In this document: piece by piece, positions 14,627-27,078 of the stretch
Layout: every line of letters starts with the position of its first letter
How positions within the stretch are numbered: position 1 is the stretch's first letter
Assembly (NCBI RefSeq): GCF_028641065.1
Contig: NC_073385.1
Coordinates: 23,312,001 to 23,376,000 of the forward strand
Length of the DNA: 64,000 nucleotides
Direction of reading: 5' to 3'
From: Leucoraja erinacea
Taxonomy: Eukaryota
Notes under the pieces: generated by a model
Told to the model about the DNA's origin: nothing
Databases searched by the model: none
What the model saw: the letters and a program-made list of their open reading frames with translations, nothing else
Position numbers and translations under genes: made by a program

Positions 14627-14877
14627 NNNNNNNNNNNNNNNNNNNNNNNNNNNNNNNNNNNNNNNNNNNNNNNNNNNNNNNNNNNNNNNNNNNNNNNNNN
14701 NNNNNNNNNNNNNNNNNNNNNNNNNNNNNNNNNNNNNNNNNNNNNNNNNNNNNNNNNNNNNNNNNNNNNNNNNNNNNNNNNNNNNNNNNNNNNNNNNNNN
14801 NNNNNNNNNNNNNNNNNNNNNNNNNNNNNNNNNNNNNNNNNNNNNNNNNNNNNNNNNNNNNNNNNNNNNNNNNNNNN
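14627..14877. other. Assembly gap (251 N)
   Basis: Run of N flanked by G-rich sequence. Confidence 0.99.
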
Positions 14878-14886
14878 GAGCGCGCT

Positions 14887-14917
<31 letters not shown>

Positions 14918-14919
14918 GA

Positions 14920-15250
14920 GAGGTGACACACATGTTACAGCCAGGACATTCCGATACGCTCTGGCAGTCCTTGACGTCAACAATCAGGTAGTTACACCAG
15001 CAGAATCTTCTGTCGATCCCACTTCTAACACCATATAAACGTGTAAACAAGAGAATCACACGACATGTAATCCAAGATCATGTTTAATTGATATGCAAAC
15101 TATAGCAGTACAGTAGATTGTTAGTCGTCAGAGCATCCTGATTGCTTCCAGAACTGAGCAGTGTAGGAAGTGTGTGTTAATATAAATGATACAGTACAGT
15201 TAGTGATGCTAACCTATTATGATTGGTTGTCATATATAAGCCAATCTACA
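14920..15250 (-). mobile_element. LTR plus PBS remnant of a Gypsy-type element
   Basis: LTR 15034-15250 begins TGTAGA on minus; adjacent cccacttctaacacca resembles a tRNA-Leu PBS. Confidence 0.65.
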
Positions 15251-15254
15251 GTGA

Positions 15255-16515
15255 TCCCCGATAGAAAGCGACCCCAGAAAGAAAATGACTCCCGGGGGAG
15301 GGGCTTTCTGGAGCGCTAGTATGGGTGTTGTGGGCTGAAGGAACTGGTTTCCAGAAGGCTAGTATGGACATTGTGGGCCGAATGGATTCTTGGGCTGACG
15401 GCTCAGTCACTCAAGCCTGTTGTGCTTGCAGCTAACTCACTCACGGCTGGTGGGCTGGCAGTTGAAATTCCATTTCAAGAAGGGTGCAAGGCCACCAAAT
15501 TCAAGTGCAGTTTCATACCATTTCAAGCAGGGTGCAAGGCCACTAAAGACAGCGAGTCATGACCTCTCCCTCCTCCATCTTGCAGAGATTGAGCCACGCC
15601 CACACTTCTGGGTTTTATAGTCCTTCCCTCCTCCCACCAGAAGGGGCACTGCCTTCATGGCGTGATTGACAAGAGAGAGAATCTCAGAATTTTGTAAACA
15701 CTAATAACTCTTATTTTTCATCGATGGGAAAAATCCTCGGCAGCTGATGAGCAGAGGGGGACTCTGAGTAAGATGGCCAAAGATCACAGCCGTACGTGGT
15801 AGCGTTTTTTCTAAAATCAATTTAAAGTGCAAACAGGTAGTGGTCAAGATTAGACTTTTAATTATATAGAAGGCAAGGCAACTTTAATTCGGCATGGCAA
15901 CTTTAATTAGGCAAGGCAACTTTAATTAGGCTAGGCAACTTTAAATAGGCAACACAGCTTTAGCATTTCCAAACCAAAGGCAACACAGCTTTAGCATTTC
16001 CAAACCAAAGGCAACACAGCTTTAGCATTTCCAAACTATATTTTCAAACCGCATTAAGGGCACTGACAGGTCAGTAAAACCACTTACAGTTTAGTAATAA
16101 TAATAATAATAATCTTTATTTATATAGCACTTTTCAACAAAACCAGTATTTGAACCAAAGTGCTTTACAGAGATTGATTAAATTAATTGAACAGATCAAA
16201 TGTCAATATATCCATACAAAACAAAAAAGAGAAAAAAGAAAAAAGACACAGAACAGTACACTATAAGACATGTGTTCAGTGTTATTCACAGCTCAGACAG
16301 AGACATGACCCTCTCGCTCTCCCATCTTACAGAGACTGACTGAGGCACAACACTTCCGGGATTTATAGTCCCTCCGGAAGGGGCGTGGCCTTCAGGAGAG
16401 CGAATCCCAAATTTTTTTAAACACAATTACTCTTTTTTATTTTACATCGATGGGAAAAATCCTCCTGTCCTGCGCAGCGGAGGGGGACGTCGAGTAAGAT
16501 GGCCAAAAATTACAG
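15255..16515 (-). mobile_element. Non-autonomous Helitron-like repeat, partly duplicated, with an L2-like tail inserted at about 16095-16265
   Basis: TCTATATAATTAAAA 5'-end motif at 15870 resembles those at 35416 and 59535; block 15560-15790 recurs at about 16305-16515. Confidence 0.5.
15874..16036. repeat. Short tandem arrays: 20-bp unit x4, then 31-bp unit x3
   Basis: ggcaactttaattaggc repeats, then caacacagctttagcatttccaaaccaaagg repeats. Confidence 0.9.
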
Positions 16516-16587
16516 ATAAAGAAGCAAGTCAAATTAGTTGAAGTCAAGTTTGTTCTCATCATATAGTCAAAAGAAAATCCACAGTAG

Positions 16588-17272
16588 AAACATAGAAACA
16601 TAGAAAATAGGTGCAGGAGTAACATAGAAACGTAGAAAATAGGTACAGGAGTAGGCCATTCGGCCCTTCGAGCCTGCACCGCCATTTAATATGATCATGG
16701 CTGATCATCCAACTCAGTATCCTGTTCCTGCCTTCTCTCCATACCCCCTGATCCCTTTAGCCACAAGGGCCACATCTAGCTCCCTCTTAAATATAGCCAA
16801 TGAACTGGCCTCAACTACCTTCTGCGGCAGAGAATTCCAGAGATTCACCACTCTCTGTGTGAAAAAAGTTTTCCTCATCTCGGTCCTAAAAGATTTCCCC
16901 CTTATCCTTAAACTGTGACCCCTTGTTCTGGACTTCCCCAACATCGGGAACAATCTTCCTGCATCTAGCCTGTCCAACCCCTTAAGAATTTTGTAAGTTT
17001 CTATAAGATCCCCCCTCAATCTTCTAAATTCTAGCGAGTACAAACCGAGTCTATCCAGTCTTTCTTCATATGAAAGTCCTGACATCCCAGGAATCAGTCT
17101 GATAAACCTTCTCTGTACTCTGTACTCCCTCTATGGCAAGAATGTCCATTCGGCCCTTCGAGCCAGCACCGCCATTGAATATGATCATGGCTGATCATCC
17201 AAAATTAGTACCCCATTCTGGCTTTTTCCTCATATCCCTTGATTCCCTTAACCCCAAGATCTAAATCTAACT
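16588..17272 (-). mobile_element. Young CR1 3' fragment nested in a second CR1 tail
   Basis: ORF 16714..17085; duplicated catagaaa tails. Confidence 0.9.
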
Positions 17273-17307
17273 CTTAGTACAATTAGTATGATCAATGATG
17301 GTCATAC

Positions 17308-17433
17308 CTGTGTTAGCTTAAATCCAGTAGTTACACACAAGGCTTCTGTAACTTCTTCCTGTGTTACAATGGACCCATTCAAATAAGTGAGGGCCTTTAA
17401 TTGGCCAATGGCTATCGTCCGTAATAATGCATG
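17308..17433 (-). CDS. LRRC9: LRRC9 coding exon (LRR cap), HALLRTIAIGQLKALTYLNGSIVTQEEVTEALCVTTGFKLTQ
   Basis: cag acceptor, CAG|gtatga donor, 126 nt. Confidence 0.92.
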
Positions 17434-19238
17434 CTGTTCAAATATTATAGGTAAAAAGAGTAATTAGACTTTCTGGTATTAATTAAGTGACAATTAATAT
17501 TTTAAAGAAAACAATATTGATAAATGTTATAAAAACATTTATTTAAAAAAACTGTAACTGTACAACTAAATTTATGTCACAACCAATTTTGACTGCATCA
17601 CCTGGCTCTCTTCAGCATTTCAGATACAAGTCCACGACATACATGGACCACCCGATGTTTCTTTTACTAGCTCTGACACTGAAATCAATGAGAAGCCCAA
17701 ATGGAATTCAATGGCGGACATGCTGAGAGTCCCAATATTATTCTGAGTAATAATTTATTTGCTGCTATGTCTGACCCCTCAGTGACCTTGCTCATTTGAA
17801 TGATGATTCTCAGTATGTAGAATGGGGAAGGCAATGCTTCTGTTTAAATATGTTTTAACGTATGTTGCATAAATTAAAAAAATAAAATAATGTTCTTTTG
17901 TTGCATTTTTTCTTTACATTTTGAAAGTCAGAGACTTTAAAAAACTGTTAAAAAACATAACAATTTTGGTAGAAACCCAAGTTCCTCCCTTGCTTTGTCT
18001 TCCATCAAAACTTGTCAAGGTCATCTCAGGCCTATTGTCATCATCACCCAACTCCAAGGAGCAGAGGGGCAGCAACTTCAACCAAGCTAAGAGTGGATAA
18101 GCTGGAACCATGTGTGATGCCTAAAATGTAAGAAGATCCAGTGCAACATCATTGAGTTGACTCTCTCCAGAGATGCTGCCTGTCCCGCTGAGTTACTCCA
18201 GCATTTTGTGTCTAACTTGGATTCAAACCAGCATCTGCAGTTCTTTCCTGCACAAATCATTGAGCTGTTATTCTCATATCCCCACAACAGATTACAGATC
18301 TTCATGCCATTCACCATGAACTGGAAAAGCTGGTAAATATTCAGCTTTTAACATGTAGAACTTCAATGTTACTCAAATAAAAGCACATTTTGTATAAATA
18401 TTTGACTAAGCCAAACTGGTTTATTACCATGTTGCATAAATATAATTAAAGTGCTTTTGGTACCTCCATGTAATTGATATTGAAAATTCAGAAAGGATTG
18501 TGCTTAAACCTGCATCTCTCCAGTCCACTATTCTATGGATCAGAGTGCAAATAGACTTACCTTTTATCTAGTTGCACCCTTTGAAAATGGAAAAAGATAA
18601 TGAAGTAAAATAGCATAAGAGAGATTTGTTCATTGCAAAATGTGGTATAGTTCAACCCATTACACAATATTTTGCAGCTGACTTGGAAATCTGTCATAAT
18701 ATTAAATAGTCAATGCAGTGAAAATTAAATGAAATACACAATATGCTGAGTTGCTGCTAAATTATCTAGGTTTTTGCAACAATTAACTCAAAGGAAGGAG
18801 CATAGCTTATGAACCAAAGAGGGGCATTAATAAGCTGGGGAATAGTATGCCAGTAACATTTTAATTTTGTATTCACTGCTTGAAAATGCAGTAACATGCA
18901 AAGCCAAGACATCAGATGCTATTGGATTGGCCTGACACAAGGGGGAAGCCTTTACTTTGTTCAAAGAGAAAAGATTAATTGTAATTATGTCCTACTGTGG
19001 GGGGGTGGGGGGAGAATATATTTTTGTGCAGGTAGTTGAAAAAAAAAGTGTAACATGATCGAATTTCCAGGTCTAATTGAATGAAAAATAACCACGTGAT
19101 AAACATAAAACATTGTAGGGGACTGAATTAAGGCTGCATTGTAAACATTTGGGTATATGCAACATTTAATAGTAGACGATAGGCACGGTGCTTTATAAAA
19201 TGTTTAGTCTTTATGACTGATACCTCAATGAAAAATAC

Positions 19239-19430
19239 CTTTTTCCAAGGGTTGTGGCGGAGATCAAGTGTAAGAAGGTCTGAAGCATGTTTACGAAGGA
19301 CTCCAATTTCTTCTTTAATGTATGTCAGTTGATTCCAACTCACGTCCAAATATTTAAGTGTTTCCGTTCCTTTTAATCCATCCAATGTTAACAAATGATT
19401 GTGGCTTGCATCCAAGTATTTTAATTGTTG
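19239..19430 (-). CDS. LRRC9: LRRC9 coding exon (LRR), QQLKYLDASHNHLLTLDGLKG...LLTLDLRHNPWKK
   Basis: cag acceptor, AAG|gtattt donor, 192 nt; overlaps ORF 19128..19415. Confidence 0.94.
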
Positions 19431-21249
19431 CTGTAGAATTTTAAAACAATGTGATAAGGATCATTTATCTAGAAATGTTTCGGTAGCCTAAAGGTACACT
19501 GTAAGGCTGCAGCAGTAGTAGGATCTTGACCATTATCATGGATAACCATTTGTACATAGTTAGTTAAATTACTTGGATGCCTTTAAAAGCTGAGTTGCAC
19601 AGAGAATGATATCATTCTGTTAGGTTTAATGATTTGCTTACTTAAATTTCTGAAGCGGCATTAAATGGTCCTGAAATGGTCTTCATCATTTTTTTGTTAT
19701 ATTTCACGAAAATAGGAATCTCAATTGCATTTGCGGTGAAAAGCATTATAAATCAATTGCAGCAAGTAAGAATTTCATTATTCCGTTTCACATGCTCTTG
19801 TCCCTTGAATGTCGAGGCAATAATGCAATGCTTGATAACAGGCAAGATCCATAAGAACAAGAATTAAGACAGTGGAAAATTACAGTATTATTTTTGTTGC
19901 TCAATTAACTTTTGTGTTACTATATAATAAAAAATTGTCAGCAGGCAAATGGTGCTATTACTCGTAAAAGGTGAGGCTAATTTGGTCAAATTTCCATAGT
20001 TTGTGACAACACATTTACAATATGCATGAAACACCATTTCCCATGCCATGCAATGTTCAAGAGATTTATCAAGCAGACCACATGGTTTAGTGTCAAAGAA
20101 GGTATTGGATCAGGGGATCAGCAACCTGGTCAAAGTAGCAGACTTTAAGGAACACCATACAGGAAGAGAGAAGCATCGCGTGGCAAAAATATTCTGGAGG
20201 AAATTAGTGCTTGGTGCCTGAACAACTGAAGGTGTGGTTGCAAATAGTTCAGCGAGTAAGATCATGGAAACAGAAGAACCTTAAATTTGAAAAGCACTAA
20301 ACTTTGAAAAGCACTAAGCTTGTAGGACTGGAAAAAGATCCAGTAAATGATGGATTCAAACCATGGAATATGTTGAAATCATGGATGTGAATTCTAAAAT
20401 TGGAATGCTGCTAGACTGGGTTACAGAGATAATTTACCATGGTAAAAAGTTACAACTGATGTAGCATGTAACATCAATGCTACATCAGTTGTAACTTTGA
20501 TAAAAGCTATTGCAATACTGCGGTAATGCTTATAATCAGAATGTAAGATCTCAGATAGAGTTTGGGGGAAAATAGCCGTTGATTTGGTAGGTTAGTGTAG
20601 ACAAGGAGCTCAGAGAGTAGTAAGGTTAGGGACTGGAAGACAGATGACAAGGACAGAGGGGGAATAGTAGAGAAACCATGAGAAGAAATTCTCCAATGTC
20701 TATTCAGAATTAAAGTGTGAATCAAATTTATATATTTTTCCATCCATTCTAACTTTTTGGAGACTAGTTTCCCCTTTTAAAGTGGCAGTCTGGAAATGAT
20801 ATTGCCAGCCATCCGAATTATATTGACATCCTTTTTTGATGAAGATATCTGAAATGATGGAGTTGACAGAGTGAAAACTTGAAAGAAGTGATTAAAAAAA
20901 GATAAAAACAAAGGTAAGAATATGGTCACATAGAGGGACTTATTCAGTACCTCGATATGAATCTAATCTAAATGGACATTTTTCTCATTTATTCAACCAC
21001 AATTTGTAAATATATCATATTTCAAACGTTCAATAAAATAATTAGCTAAAATTAGCTTAATATTAAGATTTATTTTAAATTTATACCACAAATTTATACC
21101 ACAAGGTATCAATAATTCTAATAAAAAGCATTAAATTCATTATTTTTAGCAATGGCTCAAGGCTAGGAGTCTTTTCCAATATTTGTTTTAACCATTTCAG
21201 CAATGACAATGATCTGCTCTGGTTTTGTAAGTTCTTAGACTGTTAATTA

Positions 21250-22025
21250 AGTCAATGTGTGAACCAGTCTCTTTCACAGATGGGGCAGATGGTGGCTGCT
21301 TTGACAGGTGGGCGAATAGTTTGTGATGTAGTTTGCTTTTTTCACTCTTTACAAGGGATTTTGTGTTCTCCTAATAAGTAGCTTCAAGTTTCACAGTGTC
21401 ACCCTGGATGTTCCTTTGCCACTTTGAGTAATCAAGGGCCATAAGTTCTCAGAAGTCAGTGGGTATGTTGTACTTCTTCAAGGAGCTTTGAACACATCCT
21501 TGAGTCTTTTCCTCTGTCCGCCTGGTAATCTCTTTCCATTATAAAACTCAGAATAAAGGGCCTGTGCCACTTAGGCGATTTTTGGGGCGACTACGCAAAA
21601 TTTTCAACATGTTGAACATTTTTCGGCGCCAATTTTTGCTGTTGTAGGTTGTCGTAGGTGCTGTCGTAGGTTGTCGCCAGGTGAATTCCATTAAAACAAG
21701 TCCCTGGGAGTTGCCTAAAGAGTCGCCTAAGTGGGACAGGCCCTTAAGGGCCTGTCCCACTTAGACAATTGTTTTGGCGACTACAGGCGACTGCCGCAAA
21801 ATTTTCAACATGTTCGGCGACAGTGGCGACAATTTTGCTGTCGTAGGTTGTTGTAGGTTGACGTAGGTGTTGTCGCAGGTTGTCGTCGGTGCTGTCGTGG
21901 GTTGTCGCCAGGTGTCATAGGTGGATTCCATTAAAACTAGTCCCGGGCAGTCGCCTAAAGTGTTGCCCTACTGGGACCTCTTCAGAAGTGGCGTCAGGCA
22001 TATTTATGACATGGCCTGTCTGGAT
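21250..22025 (-). mobile_element. Decayed RTE-clade LINE fragment interrupted by MITEs
   Basis: Remnant GHVINMPD...GKRLPGGQRKRLKDV peptide. Confidence 0.6.
21557..21978. mobile_element. Two tandem PIF/Harbinger MITEs (21557-21744 complete; about 21747-21978 with damaged right end)
   Basis: TIR agggcctgt(g/c)ccacttaggcga / tcgcctaagtgggacaggccct; TAA on both sides of the first copy. Confidence 0.82.
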
Positions 22026-22759
22026 CTGCGTGTTACTAGCTACTCGGGACTTGGGCTTTTGGCCAGATTGAGATTGGTTTATGTAAGTAATCTAATCCTG
22101 ACACAAGATTATTTGTCCATTTTTACATACTGGAATAATTGCAAATGGAAATGTAAATGTAAACTGCTATAATCTTTATAGTCAAAGTTTTTCTAAGATG
22201 CTATGAACTTGGTTATTCTAACGAAGTAATGGAGGTAGAATGGAGGAAGAATTTAGTTTGGAAGGAAAAGTGTAAGCAGTGGTGATTTCCCCTTGCCCTT
22301 GGTGCCTTGTCCATCTAATCTGTAAAAGAGTGTGCAATTCAGAAATACTGTTGAAGTAGCTTTTGGTGATATCTCCAATAACTCTGTATGGTGTAAAGCT
22401 TCTTGATTATAGTTGATGTTACAGTCAAGCTTCTTGAATACCACAATCAACCAGGTGTACTGTATAATTGTGAGGCACTTGGCAGTGTGCAGATTAGTTA
22501 AGTTTTTGCGTGAACTTCTGGTTGGAGATAACTGTCAAGATGCATGCATGGTACTGTTATCTTTGTTCAATATAGTATATTAATTCATGGGCAGTTCTGT
22601 GCCATGAATGAAAGTTGTCATTTTACCACCTACTGACAATAAGCAATCCAGGTCTTGTCCTATGCACCAAGGATCATTTCATATCCAAGGAGTTGAAATG
22701 GACTAAACCTTTCAACCATCTCTACTTATATCCTTTAATTGGAGGAAAAGGCTTTCATA

Positions 22760-23005
22760 ATTTTTCACACAGATAGTGGTGAATCTCTGGAACTCTCTGC
22801 CACAGAAGGTAGTTGAGGCCAGTTCATTGGCTATATTTAAGAGGGAATTAGATGGGGCCCTTGTGGCTAAAGGGATCATGGAGAGAAGGCAGGTACAGGA
22901 TATTGAGTTGGATGATCAGCCATGATCATATTGAATGGCAGTGCAGGCTCGAAGGGCCGAATGGCCTACTCCTGCACCTATTTTCTATGTTACTATGTTT
23001 CTATA
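22760..23005 (+). mobile_element. CR1 3' end
   Basis: Same 3' UTR as the copy at 8223-8866. Confidence 0.88.
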
Positions 23006-23319
23006 ATGTATTTGAAGGTGCTTGAGTCTATGGCACAGGCTTAAAGAATTTGTGCAATGTTGTCCCAGTATTAAAATGATTGCCATCAGCAACCACAGCC
23101 CTTTTCCTTTATGATAAGTGTAATTGATTCAAATGAGATCCTGATTAGTTTAAGGAAGTGAATATCTTTAAGTGATTTTTTGATATCGGCATCACTGTGA
23201 AGGGGCCAGGTTAGGTTGTTAGTGATATGGACATCTTTGTACATGCTGTAGAACATTTCTAAGACAACCCCACTGATGAGTTCACAGTTGTGTTCAAACC
23301 ACAAACACAAACAGTGTGA

Positions 23320-23582
23320 CGGTGGAGCAGTGGATGTGGTAGAGTAGCTGCCATACAGTGCCAGGACGGGTTTGATCCGGATTACGGGTGCTGCCTGTAT
23401 AGAGTTTGTACGTTCTCCCCTTGATTTGCATGGGTTTTCTCCAGGTGCTCCAGTTTCCTTCCACACTCCAAAGATGATAAAATTGTAAATTGCCGCTTGT
23501 TTGTGTAGGATAATGTTAGTGCACAGGGATTGTAGGTCGGCGCAGGCTCGGTGGGCTGAAGGGCCTGTTTTGGCGCTGGTCA
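23320..23582 (+). mobile_element. tRNA-derived V-SINE (HE1-like)
   Basis: tRNA-like head, gagtttgtacgttctcccc...tttccttccacactccaaaga core, LINE-like tail gggctgaagggcctgttt. Confidence 0.8.
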
Positions 23583-23589
23583 ACAGCCA

Positions 23590-23890
23590 ACTCTTTCATC
23601 TTGCTGACACCATGATATAAAGATCCTAATCTCCTTTCTGTACATCACATCTTTGTTGTCAATCCGGCCAACAACAGGGGCATCATGTTGAACATGGTGG
23701 ATTGGATTGGTGCTGTACTTGGCCACACAGTCATGGGTGGACTGGCAATCGAGCAGGGGACTGAGCACACAATCCTGAGGAGCACCAGTGTTGTGGGTCA
23801 ACATGAAGGAAATGTTACGATCAATTTTAACCAAATGAGGTCTGAGGGTAAGAAAGTTCAGAACACAGTGGGTAGTTCTTGTTCCAATTC
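23590..23890 (-). mobile_element. Decayed Rex/Babar RT fragment
   Basis: NTGAPQDCVLSPLL...THDCVA motif in ORF 23580..23894. Confidence 0.7.
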
Positions 23891-23975
23891 TCATTAATTT
23901 CAGTTTGACTGTAATTCTATGCTGAAAATATTTATAGGTTGTAAACAGATCTACATATAATTTACTGTCATTTTA

Positions 23976-24140
<165 letters not shown>

Positions 24141-24289
24141 TTAAATTAAATCGCACAGGGGAATTCATAACTATTCCACATTTGGTAGCTATTTTCATGA
24201 ATGTGTGTTTCCTGTGTTTTCATATCATAGAACATAGAACAATAAGTGTTTTTTGAAATGGCTGTCGAACACATTATTTATTAGCTGAC

Positions 24290-25211
24290 CTTGAGTTCTG
24301 GTTCTGGTTGATTACTGCGCAATCAGTGGTTATCTCGCGCAGGTCGGAGTGAGTAGAGTAGTGATTAAATTTTGAAGTGGGCCTTTTTCACCAAGTTGAG
24401 GAGATCTAGTTGCTCAATCCCCTTTTTAAATGACTTAACATCGGGAGCAGTACGTGCGTTGGGTGGTAACATATTCCATTCCCTTAACGTTCTTTGGTAA
24501 AGGGAATATTGGTAGCAAAGTTTATTGAAATTTAACGAGTTGATGATGTAGGGACCGTTATTTTGTCTTGTTTCATGGCAGTTGGTGCTCTGGGATGACG
24601 GGAGATTTGATGGCGTGATTTTGTGAATCTCGTTGTAAATTGCAATGTCTTTGCCTGATTCTGCGGAGCTCTAGGGTATCCCATCTGAGAGAAGCCAGCA
24701 TATTATTCACGCTTGATTCGCACTCATAGTCATTACAAACATAGCAGGCTGCTCGGTGTTGTACTTCCTCCAGGGTGATCTTGGTGTTGTTGTTGAAAGG
24801 ATCCCATACAGCTCCACAATACTCCAGTTTGGGCCTGACCAAGGACTTGTAGGCATTCTCTTTGACGGATGTACTACATGCGTGAACATTTCTTTTGAGT
24901 AGACCGAGAGTTCTATTTGCTTTGTTGGACACTTGATTAATATGCATCGCCCAACTTAAATCTTTGTTTAATTCGACTGCAAGATATGGGTGATGGTCGA
25001 CAGCAAGCAATGTATGGCTACCCTTGTTGTACTCCGATAAAAGTGGTTTAATCTTGAGCGAGACGTGCATGGTATGACATTTGGTTGTATTGAATGACAT
25101 CTGCCAGGTTTTTCCCCACTCACAGAGAGCATCCAGATCCTTCTGTAAGGACAAGCTGACTTCTGGTGTACGCTTCATCTGTTCTTGATTTCTATGAGCA
25201 TTCAGTGTCAT
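24290..25211 (-). mobile_element. Divergent CR1-group LINE 3' fragment
   Basis: LQKDLDAL.EW...KANRTLGLLKRN...AYKSLVRPKLEYCGAVWDP; ccagaa-repeat tail. Confidence 0.8.
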
Positions 25212-25359
25212 CTAGCCAGTCATTCTAATTGAGAATTTCATTGTTGGTAATCCATTTTCACCAAGGAATTCCAGGAGATTTTCTGTGACTTCAAAGGTGG
25301 AAGCTGTTTCATTTCCACACCTACTTTGAACACAGCTGTAAAGGAAAGAATTGTGGACA

Positions 25360-25975
25360 ACACCCACAACATCTGTGCCAAACATAATGCCAAGACCAAA
25401 GCTTATCTGCCTGCACATAATCCATATCCCTCCATTACCTGAGTATCCTTATGCCTATCCAAAAGTCTCTTAAATGCCACTATCGTATCAGCCTCAACCA
25501 CCAATCCCAGCAGCATGTTCCAGGCACTTATCAACCTCTGTGTAAAAAAACTTGCCCCGCATATTTTCTATAAACTTTGCCCCTCTCACCTTAATGGTAT
25601 GGCGTATAGTATGTGATTTTTCTATTCTGGGGAAAAGGTTCTGATCGTCTACCCTATCTATGCCTCTTTTATATACCTCTATCAGATCTCCCTGCAATCC
25701 CTGCCATTCAAGAGAAAACAATTCAAGTCTGTCCAACTTCTCACTATATATAATCCAGGCATTTCTTTTTAAAACCTCCTCTGTACCCCTTCCAAACTCT
25801 CCACATCCTTTCTGTAATGGACAACCCGAACCACACAATACTCCAAATGAGGCATAACCTAAGTCCTCAAAGCGGCTTCCTGACTCTTATACCTAATGCT
25901 CTAATACCAATTAAGGCAAGTATACCATATGACTTCTTTACCACTCTAGCTACTTGTGTTGCCGCTTTCTGGGAG
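25360..25975 (-). mobile_element. Old CR1 3' fragment
   Basis: Degenerate CR1 motifs in ORFs 25494..25838 and 25867..26052. Confidence 0.8.
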
Positions 25976-26019
25976 TTAATATATCCTACGTTAAAAAACA
26001 CCATGTTTTTGATTGATAA

Positions 26020-27078
26020 AAATACATCTACTGATGCTCCTGAACACGTCATCAGTGATGTAACCTGGGGTCATTGGGTGTTTCGGGTCTTTCAACATCA
26101 GACACCCTCACCCAGGCGACCCAGCCGTGGTTGATCAGACCACGACTTGTGTTCAGGTGGCATTCGCTCCTCCCCATGGACCTTCTCTCCTGATCCAGAG
26201 CCATCTTGAGGCCTTCTCCACTGCCTCTGGTGTTCTTGATGGCTCTTCTCCTCGTCATTCCATTGATGCCCAGTGCACTCAAGACTTTGTAGAGCGAATG
26301 CCCTGCAAAACCTCTGCAGCCAACCTCGATGGGCATACATCTTGCCTTCCAGCCCTGCTTACGGCAGTCTATGACCAGCTCTACGTACTTGGCTACCTTC
26401 CTCTCGTGGGCCTCCTCCCACGGTCTCTGTCAGTTCCAACAAGACAATGTTTTTGTTCGCCTGAGAGCAGGAGAATGTCTGGCCTCAGGGTGGTTGTGGC
26501 AATGTGCTGCGGGAACTTCAGCTGTTTCACCAGGTCTACAGAAAGCTGCCAGTCCTGCGCAGTCAACCAAGATTCCTGGCTGCTGTGGTTCTTGGCAGCT
26601 GCACTCCGGCCTGCACGAAGGTGATCATCTGGGTGGTGGGGCGTGCTCGTCTGCAGCTGCTGATTCCCATACTGATGGCTTCTGCAATGGGTTTAAGAAC
26701 CTGATCGTAATGCCAGGTGTACCAGCCCTGCCCAAGAGCCTTTGGGCAGCAGCTCAGGATGTGTTCCAACGTCCCCTTGCCCGAGCATTGCGGGCAATCC
26801 GGAGATTCCACTTTGCCCCAGATGAAGAGGTTCGATGGGCTGGGCAGGACATCATACACTGCCTGGACTAGGAACTTGATGCACTGTGGTTCAGCCTGCC
26901 AGAGCTCAGTCCATGTGACTTTTCTGTCCATGGCCTGCTCCCACCTTGTCCAGGCTCCCTGTTGCCTCAATCCAAACGCTCTGGTAAACCTCTCCTCCTC
27001 TACCACTGCCCTCACTTCCTACTGGACCAGCCTGCACCTCTCCTTCCCCTTGGCCTTGTCAAACTGGGGAGTTGGGAA
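26020..27078 (-). mobile_element. 3' fragment of a Hero-type (R2-group, restriction-like endonuclease) non-LTR retrotransposon
   Basis: CPQC...LEHILSCC zinc knuckle; frameshifted RPD...ELT.PWEE...KVAKY and PIEVGCRGF endonuclease motifs; 3' UTR. Confidence 0.82.
26043..26116 (-). ncRNA. Hammerhead-like RNA with permuted strand order and kink-turn (predicted)
   Basis: Core elements GUC, GAAA and CUGAUGA all present; perfect 6-bp stems I and III; imperfect stem II. Confidence 0.72.

Noticed and set aside
14487-15059. Long ORFs spanning this region
   Set aside because: Artefacts of translating through the N gap and poly-G.
15874-16036. Short direct repeats resembling a CRISPR array
   Set aside because: The units are tandem with no unique spacers, there are no cas genes, and the context is a vertebrate intron.
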